Shown one piece after another: positions 1 to 13,801 of a stretch of DNA of 64,000 bases (position 1 is its first letter; the number at the start of each line of letters is the position of its first letter). The DNA comes from Octopus vulgaris (taxonomy: Eukaryota). A model generated the notes under the pieces. It saw only the letters and a list, made by a program, of their open reading frames with translations. It made no database searches and had not been told where the DNA came from. The stretch lies in NCBI GenBank assembly GCA_951406725.2, contig OX597823.1:59024001-59088000 (forward strand), in the 5' to 3' direction. The position numbers were made by a program, and so were the translations under genes.

Positions 1-229
1 CACGGTTTGACTTAAAACTGCATTCATTAGTGGGATCCTGGTTCGTGGCTTCCAGGGTTTTGATGAGTGTGAAACCAACTCTTAGCCACTATTGTTCCCA
101 GGTCTAAACTGATCCGGCGTAGTACCACCTATTAGAATACCGGCTATGGGTTATGTAGTATGTAACTCGCCAATTCAGAGAACGATGAAATCACGAAATG
201 CAACATGGTGGATGTCAACTATTTCAGTT

Positions 230-1270
230 CGAGTGACGGCTGAAAAGTTCATAGGCTAACCAATATACTTTTATGGAATGTAACCAAATGAGGTTCATTT
301 TTCAGCATAGTCTTCTTTGCAATTCGTATATTTCTTCCATTAGAGTTGCAGTGCCTGGATCCCATTGGTGTAGAAACTTTCATCCTGTTGGTCAAAATAT
401 TCATCAACAGCACATATGACGCTATCGTCACTGCGATACTGGTTCCAAGCTAAGTGATTTTTTTCTTGTTAGGTAACACATGATAGTAGTCGGCTGGGGC
501 CAAAAAGGAGAGTAGGGAGTGTGATCAATCAGTTCAAAGGCACAGTTACGTAGAGCAGCTATTGAAACCAAGAACTTGTGTGCAGTTTCCTGATGAAACA
601 AAACCCCTTTCATCAGTTTACCTGGGCATTTGGTCTTGATAGCCTTTCGCAACTATCTCCGTATGTTGGCGTAATACTCTTCATTGATGGTGTGGCCCTT
701 TTGAAGATAGTAAATAAATACAATACCTTTTGCATCCCTCCAAACTGTCCCTTCTCTGCAGATGAAACGATCATGGCCTCTTTTGGAACAGGTGAGGAGG
801 GGTGTTTCTCTTGCACGGATTGTCTCTTTGTCTCTGTCTCAAAGTGATGAAACCAACACTCATCCTGTCATAGGAAACGTTGAAGATAGCCAGCTGAATC
901 TACCTCAAACAATGTCAGATTTTCCCGTGATGTGATTAACCTGTTCAGGTGTCAGAAACCTTCGTCATGTCAAGTTCATTGTACAGAATATTCTCAACTC
1001 TTACATAGGATATGTTAATAACATTGGCATTTTTGTTAATAGTGAATCACCTGTCATCCATCAGCATGCAGTGAATACTATCAATATTTTCTTCGGTGGT
1101 GGCAGTTGCAAAGGAACCAAACCTGGGTCATCTTCAAAACTATCCCTTTCGTTCTTTCGCCTAATGTAGCAGCCATGTTAGCATGAATGTCCTTGGTGAT
1201 CGGTAAAACTCCTGAGTCAGTGGTGAATATCACGAGATGCTAAGCAGTTTACCAGACAACAAGCTGTCAA
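230..1270 (-). mobile_element. Decayed mariner (DD34D-type) DNA transposon
   Basis: Minus-strand frameshifted peptides match mariner transposase: QDECW..HFETETKRQS, KHPSSPVPK, RKAIKTKCPGKLMKGVLFHQ, FELIDHTPYSP, FYTNGIQAL. TIR-like CGAGTGACGGCTGAAAAGTTCATAGGC at 230. The right boundary is approximate. Confidence 0.85.
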
Positions 1271-2904
1271 CGACTAGTATCAAATAGTTCAGTTAGTGAA
1301 TTACTGTTATCATTTGTAGTTTTGGAGTGCACAGACGAGATATTTCAGCTAGGAAAAAAACCTATGTGACAAAAACCCAAGCCAGACGTTCATGCTGCAT
1401 TGTTCAGTCGGGGCATCTGATGTGGAAGACTTTGATTGGTCGGGAAAAGTCACGACATGGATGGATGGATGGATGGATGGTTGATTTGATGCCCTTAAAA
1501 TTGTGAACATGGAATTATCTGAACAATTTTTGATACGCACAGACTATCTTTGGATTAGTTTAACGGAAGGCAACATTGGAATATTGAATGTAAAGGGAAG
1601 TTTTCTTGTTACTTCTGTCTGAAAAGTAATGTCATTTGGAAATAATATTAAAGAACAAATTTACGTCCCAAAAATATTCCTTTTTCATCTGAAATTATAG
1701 ATTAGTGTAGTAACATGTAGTTCAATCTGTCTTTATATGCATTGCGTTTATATAATATATCTGTGAGTTTCTGCATGTGTGTGTGTGACTGTATGTATGT
1801 ATGTATGTATGTATATGGAAAAGGTGCAGGTATGTTTATTTTCCTACTGTCTCTGTGATTAAGCAAAAACAAGGTATTTTGCTTGGTGTGATCGACCAAA
1901 TATTTCAAGGTGATCCAAATGTTTCAAATATTGCTCCAGCGTGGCTGCAGTCGATTAAATGGAATCCCTCATCTTTATCAATCAAATGATCATTATCGCG
2001 TGAAAGTTGTTTATGCAACACTGCAGCACATTGAAGTCAAGTGTCGGAAAAGAGATAATACCTTTGTCCATCGTACGGTCTTCAAATTCCCTTGCCTTCT
2101 ATATTGCAACTAGATTCGTTGCTCTTTTCTTAAAGGATCAGGAAACGCAAACGAAATTGTAGTAATGAAATAAGGAATTATAATTAAAAGTAATCCAGAA
2201 CTACATTCGGCAATGTAATGGAAAAACAGCCTGGATTTCTGGTTGGACAAGTAAAAAAACTATCAATTTTTAAAAAAGAATGTTTAAAACTGGATCAGTA
2301 AGTAATACTTTTGCGGATAATCTAACCGTATTTGCTACCTGATATACTGTTAGCTCTACACCCCACTTCATAGTTAAACTACCCTCTCTGCCACATGCAC
2401 ACACACAAATTTTCCTTTATCACTTCTCTTGTTTCCCCTTCATGCCGGCAAGGAAGGAAACATTCCAGATAACACCGTATCAAAATGATCGCGTCTAACT
2501 CCGTAGCTTTCATTGATTTCAAATAGAGCTTCCCAAATATAATTATGAACTTTGACATCCCTTCTATATTTTTACCTCCCTCTCTTTTTCTGAAGTGGTG
2601 CATCTCAGTTTATGAAAACGCATTATAGAGCATTCCACACCGAAGAAAATAACTTCTTTCATTTTCTTTAGTGTTATTTATTTAATGGCCCCACTGATAG
2701 AGGCAGAGAATATGTGTATGTGGTGTGCGTATCTTATTGTAATAGAAAACAGTGATGAACATAGCGTTACGGGAATGCATTCGCTCGGTGCTCCATGCCT
2801 CATGTCACTTCACCTCTCGTCAAAGTCCGGCACTTAGACAAGTATTCGGCTCCGTGTACTATGTTAATACTTTTCCCTATTGCCACTAGTCTGTAATCAA
2901 TTAA

Positions 2905-2990
2905 ATCATTTCCAGTACTCGAAAGGTACTTTATTTTATCAACCCTGGAAGAATGACAGGTAAAATTGACTTCACTGGCCTTTGAGCAAT
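2905..2990 (-). mobile_element. Decayed fragment of SINE family B (central domain)
   Basis: ggtactttattttatcaaccctggaagaatgacaggtaaaattgacttc aligns by eye to family B ggtacttaatttatcgaccccgaaaggatgaaaggcaaagtcgacctc. Confidence 0.5.
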
Positions 2991-3980
2991 GGCCGTTAAA
3001 AAAGTGGATCAAACATTTCAGGGTATTCTGCTCCATGATCAAAACATTCGGCCAATCTACACCTTTGTATGGTTGTTGACATATTTTAATTTCATTGCAG
3101 CGCATACAACCTGAAAGATTTCACGTCATATATACAGTACGAACCATGTCTTTCATAAGGCACATATACATTGGCAATTTCTTGTATATAAATACAGATT
3201 ACAATGCGTTTATTTTTCTCTTTCTCAAGTTATAATGGAAACCATAGCAAGTTCTAAAGTCAATTCAAAGAGAATATACTGCATATAAAGAATATTGTTT
3301 AAAAAGCCATAAATTCGGAATAAAATATATACTCATAAACGTTAAAAAAAGTATAATATTTACAATATATATATGTCAAAAATAAATAAACGTAAAATTG
3401 AATTCCCACTATAAATTCATACAAACAGAAATACCGAATTATATGTAATAGACATATTTTGAAGACAGGATGACAAGATAAATACATATTTATGACATTA
3501 CATAAGATCGCAAGAAATATTCTGTTTAAATAGATGGTTACTTTAAGAAAAGAAAGGAAAAAATACTTTGAAAATATTGATGCGAGGGTGAAAACCTTTC
3601 CATACTATGCATTTTATTTTTTAGAATTTATTTTTTAGATAACAGAAAAATATTTTTCGATAGAAACTATGGCAAATTTTATATAATTTATTGACAATTT
3701 ATTGTTTATTGATATGGAACTGAACAAAAATATTGCAATACAGCTTCTTCCCTTTATACGTAGATAATTCAATATCGTCTTTTATGATTAATTGAAATGA
3801 CGTGGAGAAAAAAATGTATGTTAGCATTTAGTGTGTGTGTTTTAAAGTGGTGAGTGTTAAGGTATAAAGAGAGGTCAAAAATGCTCATTACTTATTATCT
3901 TTTGATGAGGAAACAGGAAACATCAATATTTATACAAGAACTAAGTTTCCTGTATATTCCATTTTCTGTCTCCATCATTT

Positions 3981-4283
<303 letters not shown>

Positions 4284-4285
<2 letters not shown>

Positions 4286-5146
4286 GGGTGGGTGGAAAGT
4301 AACTAGGCATTAGAAATTGCTTATAGAATTTTTAGTATCACTGAAGTCATAACGAAAACATTTTTTAAACAGACAACACTAATGAGGATTTTTTTATTTT
4401 CTTATTGTCATATTTCTAATTTCCTATTTTTCAGATGAGCGGTTGCTTGGCTGTTCAGGAGTGAGTTACGATAGCAGCAAGGTATGAAGTATAGAATTCC
4501 ATTGTTTTGGTTCAGAGATGGTGGCATGCATGGAAAGGTAAGCATGCAACACCACGTCCGGAGACAATAAAAAGTTGTAATGCAAAGCTGATGACCACGG
4601 GCTCTGTGAACGATGCAAGAAGAAGTGGCCGTCCAACCACATCCCGATCATGGCAACACTGCAGTAAATGTTTCACCGCAGTCCCGCTAAAATCAACATG
4701 TCAAGCAGCTCAAGAAAGTAAACAAACAAGACACTCAATACGTTCGGTGTTGCATAAAGAACTGAATTTTCGTCCACTGAAACCGCCATTACGTGCAGGA
4801 GCTAACATCTGAAAACTGTGGCCGCAGAAGTCCAGAAATCCAAGAAGTGTCTCACTCCATGCGATTTTTACCTGTGAGTTACTCAAAAGAGGTGATGTAC
4901 GAGACAAATCCTCATACGCTGGAGGACTTGGAGACACGGATTTAGGAGGTTCTCAATGATATTCCAGATGACGTCCTTCAGGAGTTTGTTCATTCCATCT
5001 CTGGCCATTTGAGGAAATTCGTTGATGTTACCGGTGCTTACGTTAAAATATGAAGATTTACACCCATTTTCCCATGTAATAAGGAGCACCTATCATTTGT
5101 TTCAATAGATTTGTAAAAGGTATATGGATTTTATTACCAATTTTTA
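4284..5146 (+). mobile_element. Internally deleted Tc1/mariner-superfamily element (DUF4817-type N-terminus)
   Basis: Starts CAGGGTGG right after a TA run. Peptides TGSVNDARRSGRP, ELNFRPLKP, LTPCDFYL and EVMYETNPHTLEDLETRI; the catalytic middle is missing. Confidence 0.8.
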
Positions 5147-5157
5147 ATTCTAACTTA

Positions 5158-5552
5158 TTGTCATTTGTTTCAGTCATTAGACTGCAACCATGCTTAGGCT
5201 TGAAGAATTCTTAGTCGAATGTATTGACACCAATATTTATATTTTTATAGCCTGACACTGATTCCATCGGTCGCGTTTACCTAATCGCTAATTTACAATG
5301 AACGTAAATGCACCAGCATTGTCAAGCGGTTGTCAAGCGGTTGTCAAGCGGTAGGAAGGAGAAAACACACACACATATACATACATATATATGACGAGTT
5401 TCTCTTAGTTTCCATCAATCAAATGCACTCACACGGATTTGGTCTGCCCAAGGATATCGTAAAACATTTACCCAAGGTGCCAGACAGTGGGACTGAACCA
5501 GGAACCCTGTGGTTGGGGAGCAAGCTTCTTACCGCATAGCCACGCCTGCGGC
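5158..5552 (-). mobile_element. tRNA-derived SINE family A (CORE-like), near full length
   Basis: Reverse complement reads A-box-like ggctatgcggtaag, B-box-like ggttcagtccc, ccttgggtaaatg core, an internal CA/TA repeat and tail gcagtctaatgactgaaacaa; many paralogues in the window. Confidence 0.85.
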
Positions 5553-6429
5553 TATAAACATTTTATACTGATACCAAATGTAAGCAACAAATCTTCTGGG
5601 ATTAAGCTTTTCTTTTTCAGGATTAAACACAAACCAACAGTAAACACCTGGTCAGTTTGATCTCTCTTTTAAAAGAGATTTATCGGAAGATTATTCTCAT
5701 ACAGTTGAATTCAATATGTTTTATTCACTTCTTCAGATGAGAGTTAACATGTATTCAGTTTAAGTCAAAATACAATTCATATTTATAAATGTCTTTTAGT
5801 TAAAGTAAAGAATAGTTACTTTCCTATAAATATTTTTGTTTCGTTTATAAGCTAACAGACGTATGGCTTCTGTTCTTCAACATGAAAGCATTAAAGCGAT
5901 TTCCTTATAACGTAAATTATCAACGTACGTAGGTGGATGCAATAGGGTAAGTAGGAAGAGCAACAGGGTGAGTTGAAGTGACATGATCTCAATCTGTGGT
6001 TGAAATGATTTCCTTTCATTTTCATTGATAATGACCAGTGAGAAATGCATCAACAACACAGTTGCGACCTACAGGTCTTAGTTTTAGATACAAAATATTT
6101 TGAAGAGTTAAAAACAAAAAAACAACAAAATAGACATTTGTGTAATAAAGGAAACCTCATTGCGAATTTAATGGAAATATTTGTCTCCAAGTCTTTCACA
6201 CGAAATGAATAAGTAAAATAATAGAATCGTATAGTTTTGTGTACAAACGTATAGCAATGGTTTTTAAAGAATCAATTCTATATTTTGTTTAATTCTTTTA
6301 AGTAAAGAGTAATATATATACATATTCATACACATCTAATCTTTATGTACATACATAGGTATATGTAAGTACACGGACACTCATGCATACATATCTATCT
6401 TTCTATCATTCCCCCCTCTCTCTCTCTCC

Positions 6430-6461
<32 letters not shown>

Positions 6462-8185
6462 ACACATACACACATACATATACAATTCTACCTATCTAAA
6501 AAATGTATAAAACTACCCCTTCATAGAGATAGTTGAAAAAAATAAAAAGAAGTGTAGCAGACAATTATATTGTATGAAAGTCATTCACTGATATATCTTA
6601 AGTGACAAACAGTTAAATTTTAATCAGATTGATAACCAAAAAGATAAATATAAATCTTAACAATCCAGACACTTTAAATCTATTTGAAATTTTTTTTCCA
6701 CTGAAGAATTGGTAAATATTTTGTTTCTCAATCGAATTAATTTCTCCAAGAAAAATAAACAACTGCGGAGAGTCTCTATAGAATTTTCAGGCCAATGTAA
6801 CCGCCAGATCATTTTTCGGGAAATTCATTAAAATCTTACTTCAAAATCTATATCACAGGTCAGTACAGACAAACTAAAATGTCTTATAACTACAGCTGCA
6901 ACACATATTAAATGGTAAACTTCTATATCAACGTAGACGTTGAGCACAGAATATTTCTGTAGTTTGTGATAGATAAAAAATAAAAGTTAACGTAGTCGCC
7001 GACACTGAGTTACTAATTTAACTGTCATGAGCGGCTGCTTTTGAGAAGCAGCTTACAACTAAATGCATGCATGTACTAACATAAATTGGATGTACTAGCT
7101 ATGCATCTAGATGAACTGAACTGTTGAAGGTTAAGTGACTTTGCTAGGTATACGCTGGAAATGTAACACATCAAAGTTTTGAACAATGGGTCCATCTGTG
7201 AATGTCACTACAAGTAAAGAACCCTGAAAAATTGTTAATGCCGATATTTCTCTTCATACTTTACAATCTAATCACAGTAAATTTCCAAAATTCTAATTTA
7301 ATCTCCTTCTTCTTCTGAATATTTCACTACCTTCAGATCAGAACAAACTGGGCAGTTTGCATGCAATCATTAAAAATATGTCATTTCTGAATTCAAATCT
7401 ACTTTGATTGAAGTAACTTCCTTGTCCATCCTTCTTCCCCTAAGATTGCTTTTACAATCACCACCAATATCCAACAACCCCAACACCACAACAACCATCA
7501 CAATCACGCCATTTCGGCCGTTCCAACACCTAACAACCCCTTACTTGCTTAGACAAGCACTCTGGCTTACCCCTTACCAATCTAACTTTCATACAAAGAA
7601 TTCACAATGATTTGGTACTCAGCCAAAATAATTCTCTCTCTCTTTCTCTCTGTATCTGTCTATCAGTCTGTCTGTCAGTCTGTCTCTCTGCCTGTCTGCC
7701 TGTCTATTTGTCTGTCTATTTATCTATCTATTTATCCCTCTACCTTTTTCCTGTCTCTCACTCTGGTAATTTCTATGACTCATCTATCTTTCCCAGAATC
7801 ACTTTGACAGCTTTATTACAGGAAATATAAAAGCTCAATCCAACATTATCTTCTTAGTTTGCTTCAAAATCAATTTAAGAAGAACTTAACAAAACCATCT
7901 TCTGCTGCAACAACAACAAATTCCAGTTAGTCACAATGCTTTTAATTTGATTATATCTATTATTGCACTTAATAATGCTATATAACTTTTTTAATTCAAC
8001 TCTCCTTTTTAATTAGTGTTATCTTCCGTTTAAAATGTTATAATTAAAAAATCTCTCTTCTTCCTTCCCTTCCCCTCTCTATCTATCAATATATTTGTGC
8101 GTGTATGTGTGTATACACATATATAAATGTATGTATGCTGTGTGTACAACTAAATATTTAAACATATGTGTGAGTGTGTAGTGTG

Positions 8186-8238
<53 letters not shown>

Positions 8239-9299
8239 TATTTATTATCTAGGCAAGTATGTATGCATATATCCATGCACAAAAAAAAACACACCTACAT
8301 ATATATCTTGAGTTTTATTTCCCCATGGGCCAGGTAGTTAGCTTGGAATTTTGCTGAAAACTTTTAGTCCTCCAAAGATCTTTAATTGAGAAATGATACT
8401 CATACTCTGTCCACAGAAACGTTAGATGCATATAGTTGTATATATGTATGTGGGTGTGCGTGTATGTGCGTGTGTGAGTGTCTGTAAATTTAAGTAACAA
8501 TATATGGAATCAACTAATCCGGTTGTACTCATAAAAAAGTTCCTTCATCTATCATTCTACAAAACATATATAATATAAAATATATCTATGCATGTTTTAA
8601 GTTGCGAAACAAGTGTTGCGATATATAAACTTCTAATGGTTAAATAAATTTTATCATACTATATTTCTTTCGTTATTTAAAACTTTATAAAACAGGATGC
8701 ACTTATTATGGTCAGTTTCATTTGCTAAAATATATGAGGAATAAATTTATTTCGAATATTTCAGATTATCCATGAATACTATATAGTGCACCAGGAATGG
8801 ATATATTAATATTATATAATATATATTTATTTAGCATACATTTATGGTAATCTCCGTTCTTTCTTTTTCCTGTTGGTGCCTTAGAAATATATGCTTTTCT
8901 TTATTCTGATAGCCTTTCTGATTTTACTATCTCCTTAAATTAAAATATTCAGCAATATCTGTCACATTTTATGAGTATATAATCTTACATTAACTTTTGG
9001 CATGTATTTTTTTAGATTTACGATATATCTGCCTATTTGTATTCTATATTCTCGATGCCTTCCTTATACATTTTACTTCTCGAATTTCGGCATAGAAACA
9101 ATTGTACTTGTGTACATAAAATTTTATTCACACAGTACTTTTAGCATTGTGTTCAAGTTCAGTTTTAAGAATTGTCGTAGGTAACCTATTGATCACAAAA
9201 TTATATGAGTATTTGTTTACATAGAAATATGTTTAAGATATTTCATACAAATCAGAAGGTATATATACAAATAAATATATAGAAGAAAAAAAATTACTT

Positions 9300-9500
9300 T
9301 TTTATTGTGTCTGGGGGAGAGTCATTTTCTTTTTGTGCTTATAATCTAACACACACACCGATCAAATTTCCACAATTTGACCGTTGAGTGTGTTAAATTA
9401 TAAGGCACAAAAAGAAAATGAATCTCCCCAGGCACAACAGAATATACTTGAACACATGAACTCACATAAAGAAGCTTGCAAACCAAATCCAAAACCGAAA
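9300..9500 (+). mobile_element. Palindromic short element of the U3-A8 hammerhead family; this copy lacks the ribozyme
   Basis: Inverted arms ttgtgtctgggggagagtcattttc... / ...gaaaatgaatctcccccaggcacaa, followed by tail cacataaagaagcttgcaaaccaaat; homologous to 15140-15390 and 20075-20425. Confidence 0.75.
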
Positions 9501-9578
9501 TACTTGTGGGTAGTAAAGAAACAGGTATTTCGTCTGCGGCTACGTTCTCAGTGCAAATTCCGCCGAGGCCGAAGCAGA

Positions 9579-9624
<46 letters not shown>

Positions 9625-9625
<1 letters not shown>

Positions 9626-9757
9626 CAACTTATGATGAAAGTAAACAAAGTTTGCTTTAGAAGCGTTGAGATGTATTGAAAGATACAGATATCTGTATCT
9701 TTCAATACATCTCAACGCTTTTTAAAGCAAACTTTGTTTACTTTCATCGTAATTTGA
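9625..9757. repeat. Near-perfect spacerless palindrome (about 66-bp arms)
   Basis: Centre cagat|atctg at 9690/9691; the arms pair outwards with few mismatches; abuts (TA)n. Confidence 0.95.
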
Positions 9758-10044
9758 TGTAACGTTAGCATCTTATAAAGCTAGATTTATAAATCCTAAA
9801 ATTGCAGAGCGATTCATCGCAGGACAGCTTAGATTAAAGTTATAGCAGCACTTGATGCGTAATCGCATGGATGTGAGTTCGGGTCTCATGGTTGGCCACT
9901 GACAAATTTTGTTTGCAATATATGGATAGTTTATCCTGTTCATGCTTTTATATTAGCAATATTAGCATTATCCAACGTTTGAGAATAAATTATTTCTGTA
10001 TCTTATGTATATATACTTTATTTAAAGCAGCAGAAAATTCAACA

Positions 10045-10090
10045 AAACCTGTTACTCTGAGTTTCCCGTTGCCGTTCATCGGACAGTTTT
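10045..10090 (-). ncRNA. Type I hammerhead ribozyme motif (C4 variant), copy 1
   Basis: Minus strand: CUGU CCGAUGA ACG-GCAA-CGG GAAA CUC-A-GAG UA ACAG; stem I CUGU/ACAG, GUA triplet. Confidence 0.7.
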
Positions 10091-11093
10091 TGCTATGTTG
10101 TCAATGTATCATGTATCCGAAAAAGAGGCACACTCTAAAGTATAGAGCAGTAAAGTAATAAAGATGCTGCAGCCTTCGTGGATGCGAAACCGTTGGTCAC
10201 TCTATGATCAGACATTAATCTTATTACTTTAATACACATGCACACACACACATATATATATATGCATATATATATACATACATACATACATATATATATA
10301 TATATATGGGTGTGTGTGTGTCTGTGTGTGTGTGTATGTATGTTTCTATGTATATGCAACAAAACTTATCTAAACTCGATCTATTCCTTAAGAATTACAT
10401 TGCCCGTAATTAGAATTCCAAGGAAGATCAAACCTGCAATACCAATGTCTGTTTTAATAAAAGCAACAAAACTGCCATAATCCAATGAAGCAAGAGCACT
10501 TTAACATGTCCAAAGTCACAAGAATGACATATAATTTACAACAAGAGCAGAATATACTTCATTTGCTACATCTACATTTGCTTATTATCACAAATACAAA
10601 TATCTATTCTCAAGCATAACATATTTCACACTAGTAGCTTTTCATGCACGGAGATTGAGGGGGGGGAAAAAACTACGTATAAAATGAAGAAATATCTTAA
10701 AAAGTGTCATTGCTATCTCAAGAAGTGTAGAACCTAAAAACGCCCTGCCACAAGCATTGCGTTGGATGTACAGAAAATTTTCTCCCTTCCTGCCACCAGT
10801 CACAGAGGCTTTTTAAAAGATATTACGTGCTACCTTTCCTTTGCAAAGTAACACTTGAAAAGAATTGCAGCAAAATCTCTAAACATATCAACTGAAATAT
10901 TGAGTCACTGAGACGGACACCTCCGTATATTTTTGAGCAACTGGTATATCTTTTTAGTACATTTTGTGTCAAGAAGAAAGACGGTGTACATATCTTTTGA
11001 GTAGATATCGATGAGTTTGATGCCGCGGGACCTGGGTTATGCCGCGGCAGTGGGATGTAAGTTGTAGTTTATGAGTGTAGACGCTAAAGCGTT

Positions 11094-11134
<41 letters not shown>

Positions 11135-11155
11135 CATACATACATGCATACATAC

Positions 11156-11244
<89 letters not shown>

Positions 11245-11246
<2 letters not shown>

Positions 11247-11401
11247 GGAGTAAACCCATAAATGTGAGACAAGGTGGAAAAAAGAGTACTCAAATACCAG
11301 TGGTAGAGTAATATGCTTTATTTAAAGCAGCAGAAAATTTAACAAAACCTGTTACTCTGAGTTTCACGTTGCCGTTCGTCGGATAGTTTTTGCTAGCAAA
11401 A
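11245..11401 (-). mobile_element. Short non-autonomous hammerhead-bearing element next to (TA)n
   Basis: Shares about 80 bp with 10015-10095; ends in the mini-palindrome ttttgctagcaaaa; abuts the 11097-11244 TA array. Confidence 0.65.
11345..11390 (-). ncRNA. Type I hammerhead ribozyme motif (C4 variant), copy 2
   Basis: Minus strand: CUAU CCGACGA ACG-GCAA-CGU GAAA CUC-A-GAG UA ACAG; stem II is perfect with a GNRA loop. Confidence 0.7.
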
Positions 11402-12402
11402 TTTCCTGTAAGTATACAAGTGGACGCTAATGATTACCTACACGGATTCATACCATACAGTTATTCATTAATTAACTCTACATAGATTCATAATCAAAAG
11501 AAACATTGTAATACAGTTGCATTTCTGTTGTATTACACTCATACATACATAGTATGCATACAAAGGTACAAGTCACACGCACACAAATATACACACTGGC
11601 AATCGTGTATATGTGTGTATTTGCATAGATGTGTGAAGATATACTCATAATCCTTTAATACAATTCAATCAATATTTTAATACCGTCCTTTTCTTTTCCA
11701 TATAATATGCTGGTTTATCGGGACTATTACAATTCTTTCTTATGGAAAATGGCAATTAGATTAATTTTAATAACCTACGCGCTCCTACACTGAGACTAAT
11801 AGCATACGCACACAAATATATTTTCAGGAAAATAAATACATGCGTTTTCTGTAAGGTGTGGAATGACATTGTGTGTCTGTGCATGAATGTATGCAAATTT
11901 GATGACTGATCAGCTTTAAAGGAACTTGTGTTGATGTCTATTGTATTATTAATGACTTCAGAGAAAAGCTGTATATCTTTTTATTCCCTTCAGATAATTA
12001 TGAATGTATACATTATGTCTTATATTATCAGTTTTATCTTCTTTTTATATATGATATATAAATATACTAATAAAGATAAAATTTGTTTTCCTTCTGAAGG
12101 AAAACTAAAATGTTAATGGGCCGACTCGTCGAATATGATATGCAACCGCCCAGCAGAATAAAATATAATTTATTAAATGAGTGATGTTACTAATTACCTA
12201 CGCAAATAATTCGTTTTAAGTAGAATATATTTTTATAGAAACCCAACACTCTCTCCTAATTCAGCATAATGTGCTACAATCCGAAAGAGCTCGTTCTTCG
12301 AATATAAGGGTTGTAAAAAAAGAACCAGACTGATCTTTGTATCTCAGCCGTAGCAGCTCATATCATTTAGTAAGGTTACTTTCTACAAGTTTCTCTAATA
12401 AT

Positions 12403-12703
12403 CATTTCTACTTTAGGCATAATGTCTGAAATTTGTGGGGAGGGAACTAGTCGATTTCATCGACCCCAGTGTTTCGTGGTACTTAATTTATCGACCCCGA
12501 AAGGCAAAGTCGAACTCGGAGGAATTAGAACTCAGAACGTAGCGAACAAGTTTCTCCAATAATGACTCAAATTTTGGTATAAGGCCAGCAAGTTCAGGGG
12601 AGGGGGTAGTCGCTTACATTGACTCCAGAATTTGAACCCAGAACGTAAAGACGGACAAAATGCATCAAAGTATTTCGCCCGGCGTGCTAACGATTCTGCT
12701 AAC
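12403..12703 (-). mobile_element. Two adjacent SINE family B copies separated by a repeated target sequence
   Basis: Family B core and head (gaatttgaactcagaacgta, cccggcgtgctaacgattctgc); acaagtttct(c/t)-type 18-mer at 12385, 12546 and 12704. Confidence 0.8.
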
Positions 12704-12939
12704 ACAAGTTTCTCTAATAATCGCAACCATATTTTCTAAAGACTAGTGGACTCCTATCGGAATGTACAAAATAATTTAGCAAACCGTGACAGGATAATTC
12801 GAGCTTGTGCTAGGTTGTACAGAATTACATCTTACGTATAATATTTATAGCGACCTAACAATGAAAGAAATATACATTAGAATTATAATGATATGCATGT
12901 AAGAATAGACATAGAAAATACACTTGGGAATACAGATAT

Positions 12940-13320
12940 TTTTTCTATTCCAGGCACAAGGCCCTAAATTTTGGGGGAGGGGACCAGTCGATTAGATCCA
13001 CCCCAGTACGCAACTGGTACTTAATTTATCGACTATGAAAGTATGAAGGGCAAAGTCGACCTCACCGGAATTTGAACTCAGAACGTAAAGACAGACGAAA
13101 TACCTATTTCTTTACTACCCACAAGGGGCTAAACACAGAGAGGACAAACAAGGACAAACAAACGGATGAAGTCAATTATATCGACCCCATCACGCAACTG
13201 GTACTTATTTAATCGATCTCGAAGGGATGAAAGGCAAAGTCAACCTCGGCGGAATTTGAACTCAGAACGTAGCGGCAAACGAAATACCTATTTCTTTATT
13301 GCCCACAAGGGGCTAAACAT
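12940..13320 (-). mobile_element. SINE family B tandem multimer (184-bp period)
   Basis: Core repeated at 12987 and 13171; tail-to-truncated-head junction gacgaaatacctatttctttactacccacaagggg. Confidence 0.85.
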
Positions 13321-13591
13321 GATGATGATGGTGACGACGATGACGACGACGATAGTGATAATGATGACGATGATGGAGAATGGTGGAGGAAAAAGAAGAA
13401 TGAGGAAGATTGTGGATGATTGTTATGCCATCAATTTAGACGAATGTGATGATAATAACGAAGAGACGTGGAAGACAAGGATGAGAAGAAGAAAGCGAAG
13501 AAGTAGGAGCTGGATGTGAAGGATTATTATCATTTCTAGCACAGGCGAAGAATGATATAAAATGTGCCGCAGCAGCTATTTCTGGTCTTTA

Positions 13592-13801
13592 TGGTGGTGG
13601 TGGTGGTGGCGGTGGCGGCGGCAGCGGTGGTGGTGGTGGTGGTGGTGGTGGTGGTTGTGGTGGTGTTGGTGGTTGTTGTTGTTGTTGTTGTTGTTGTTGT
13701 GGTGGTGGTGGTGGCGGTGGCGATAGTGGTGTGAAGTGGCTTCTACTGCTGCTGCTGATGATGACGATGACGATGATGATGATGGTAATGATGATGATGA
13801 T
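13592..13801. repeat. Compound triplet microsatellite (GGT/GTT/GAT)n
   Basis: Directly visible; produces the polyP/polyQ/polyD ORFs. Confidence 0.95.
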
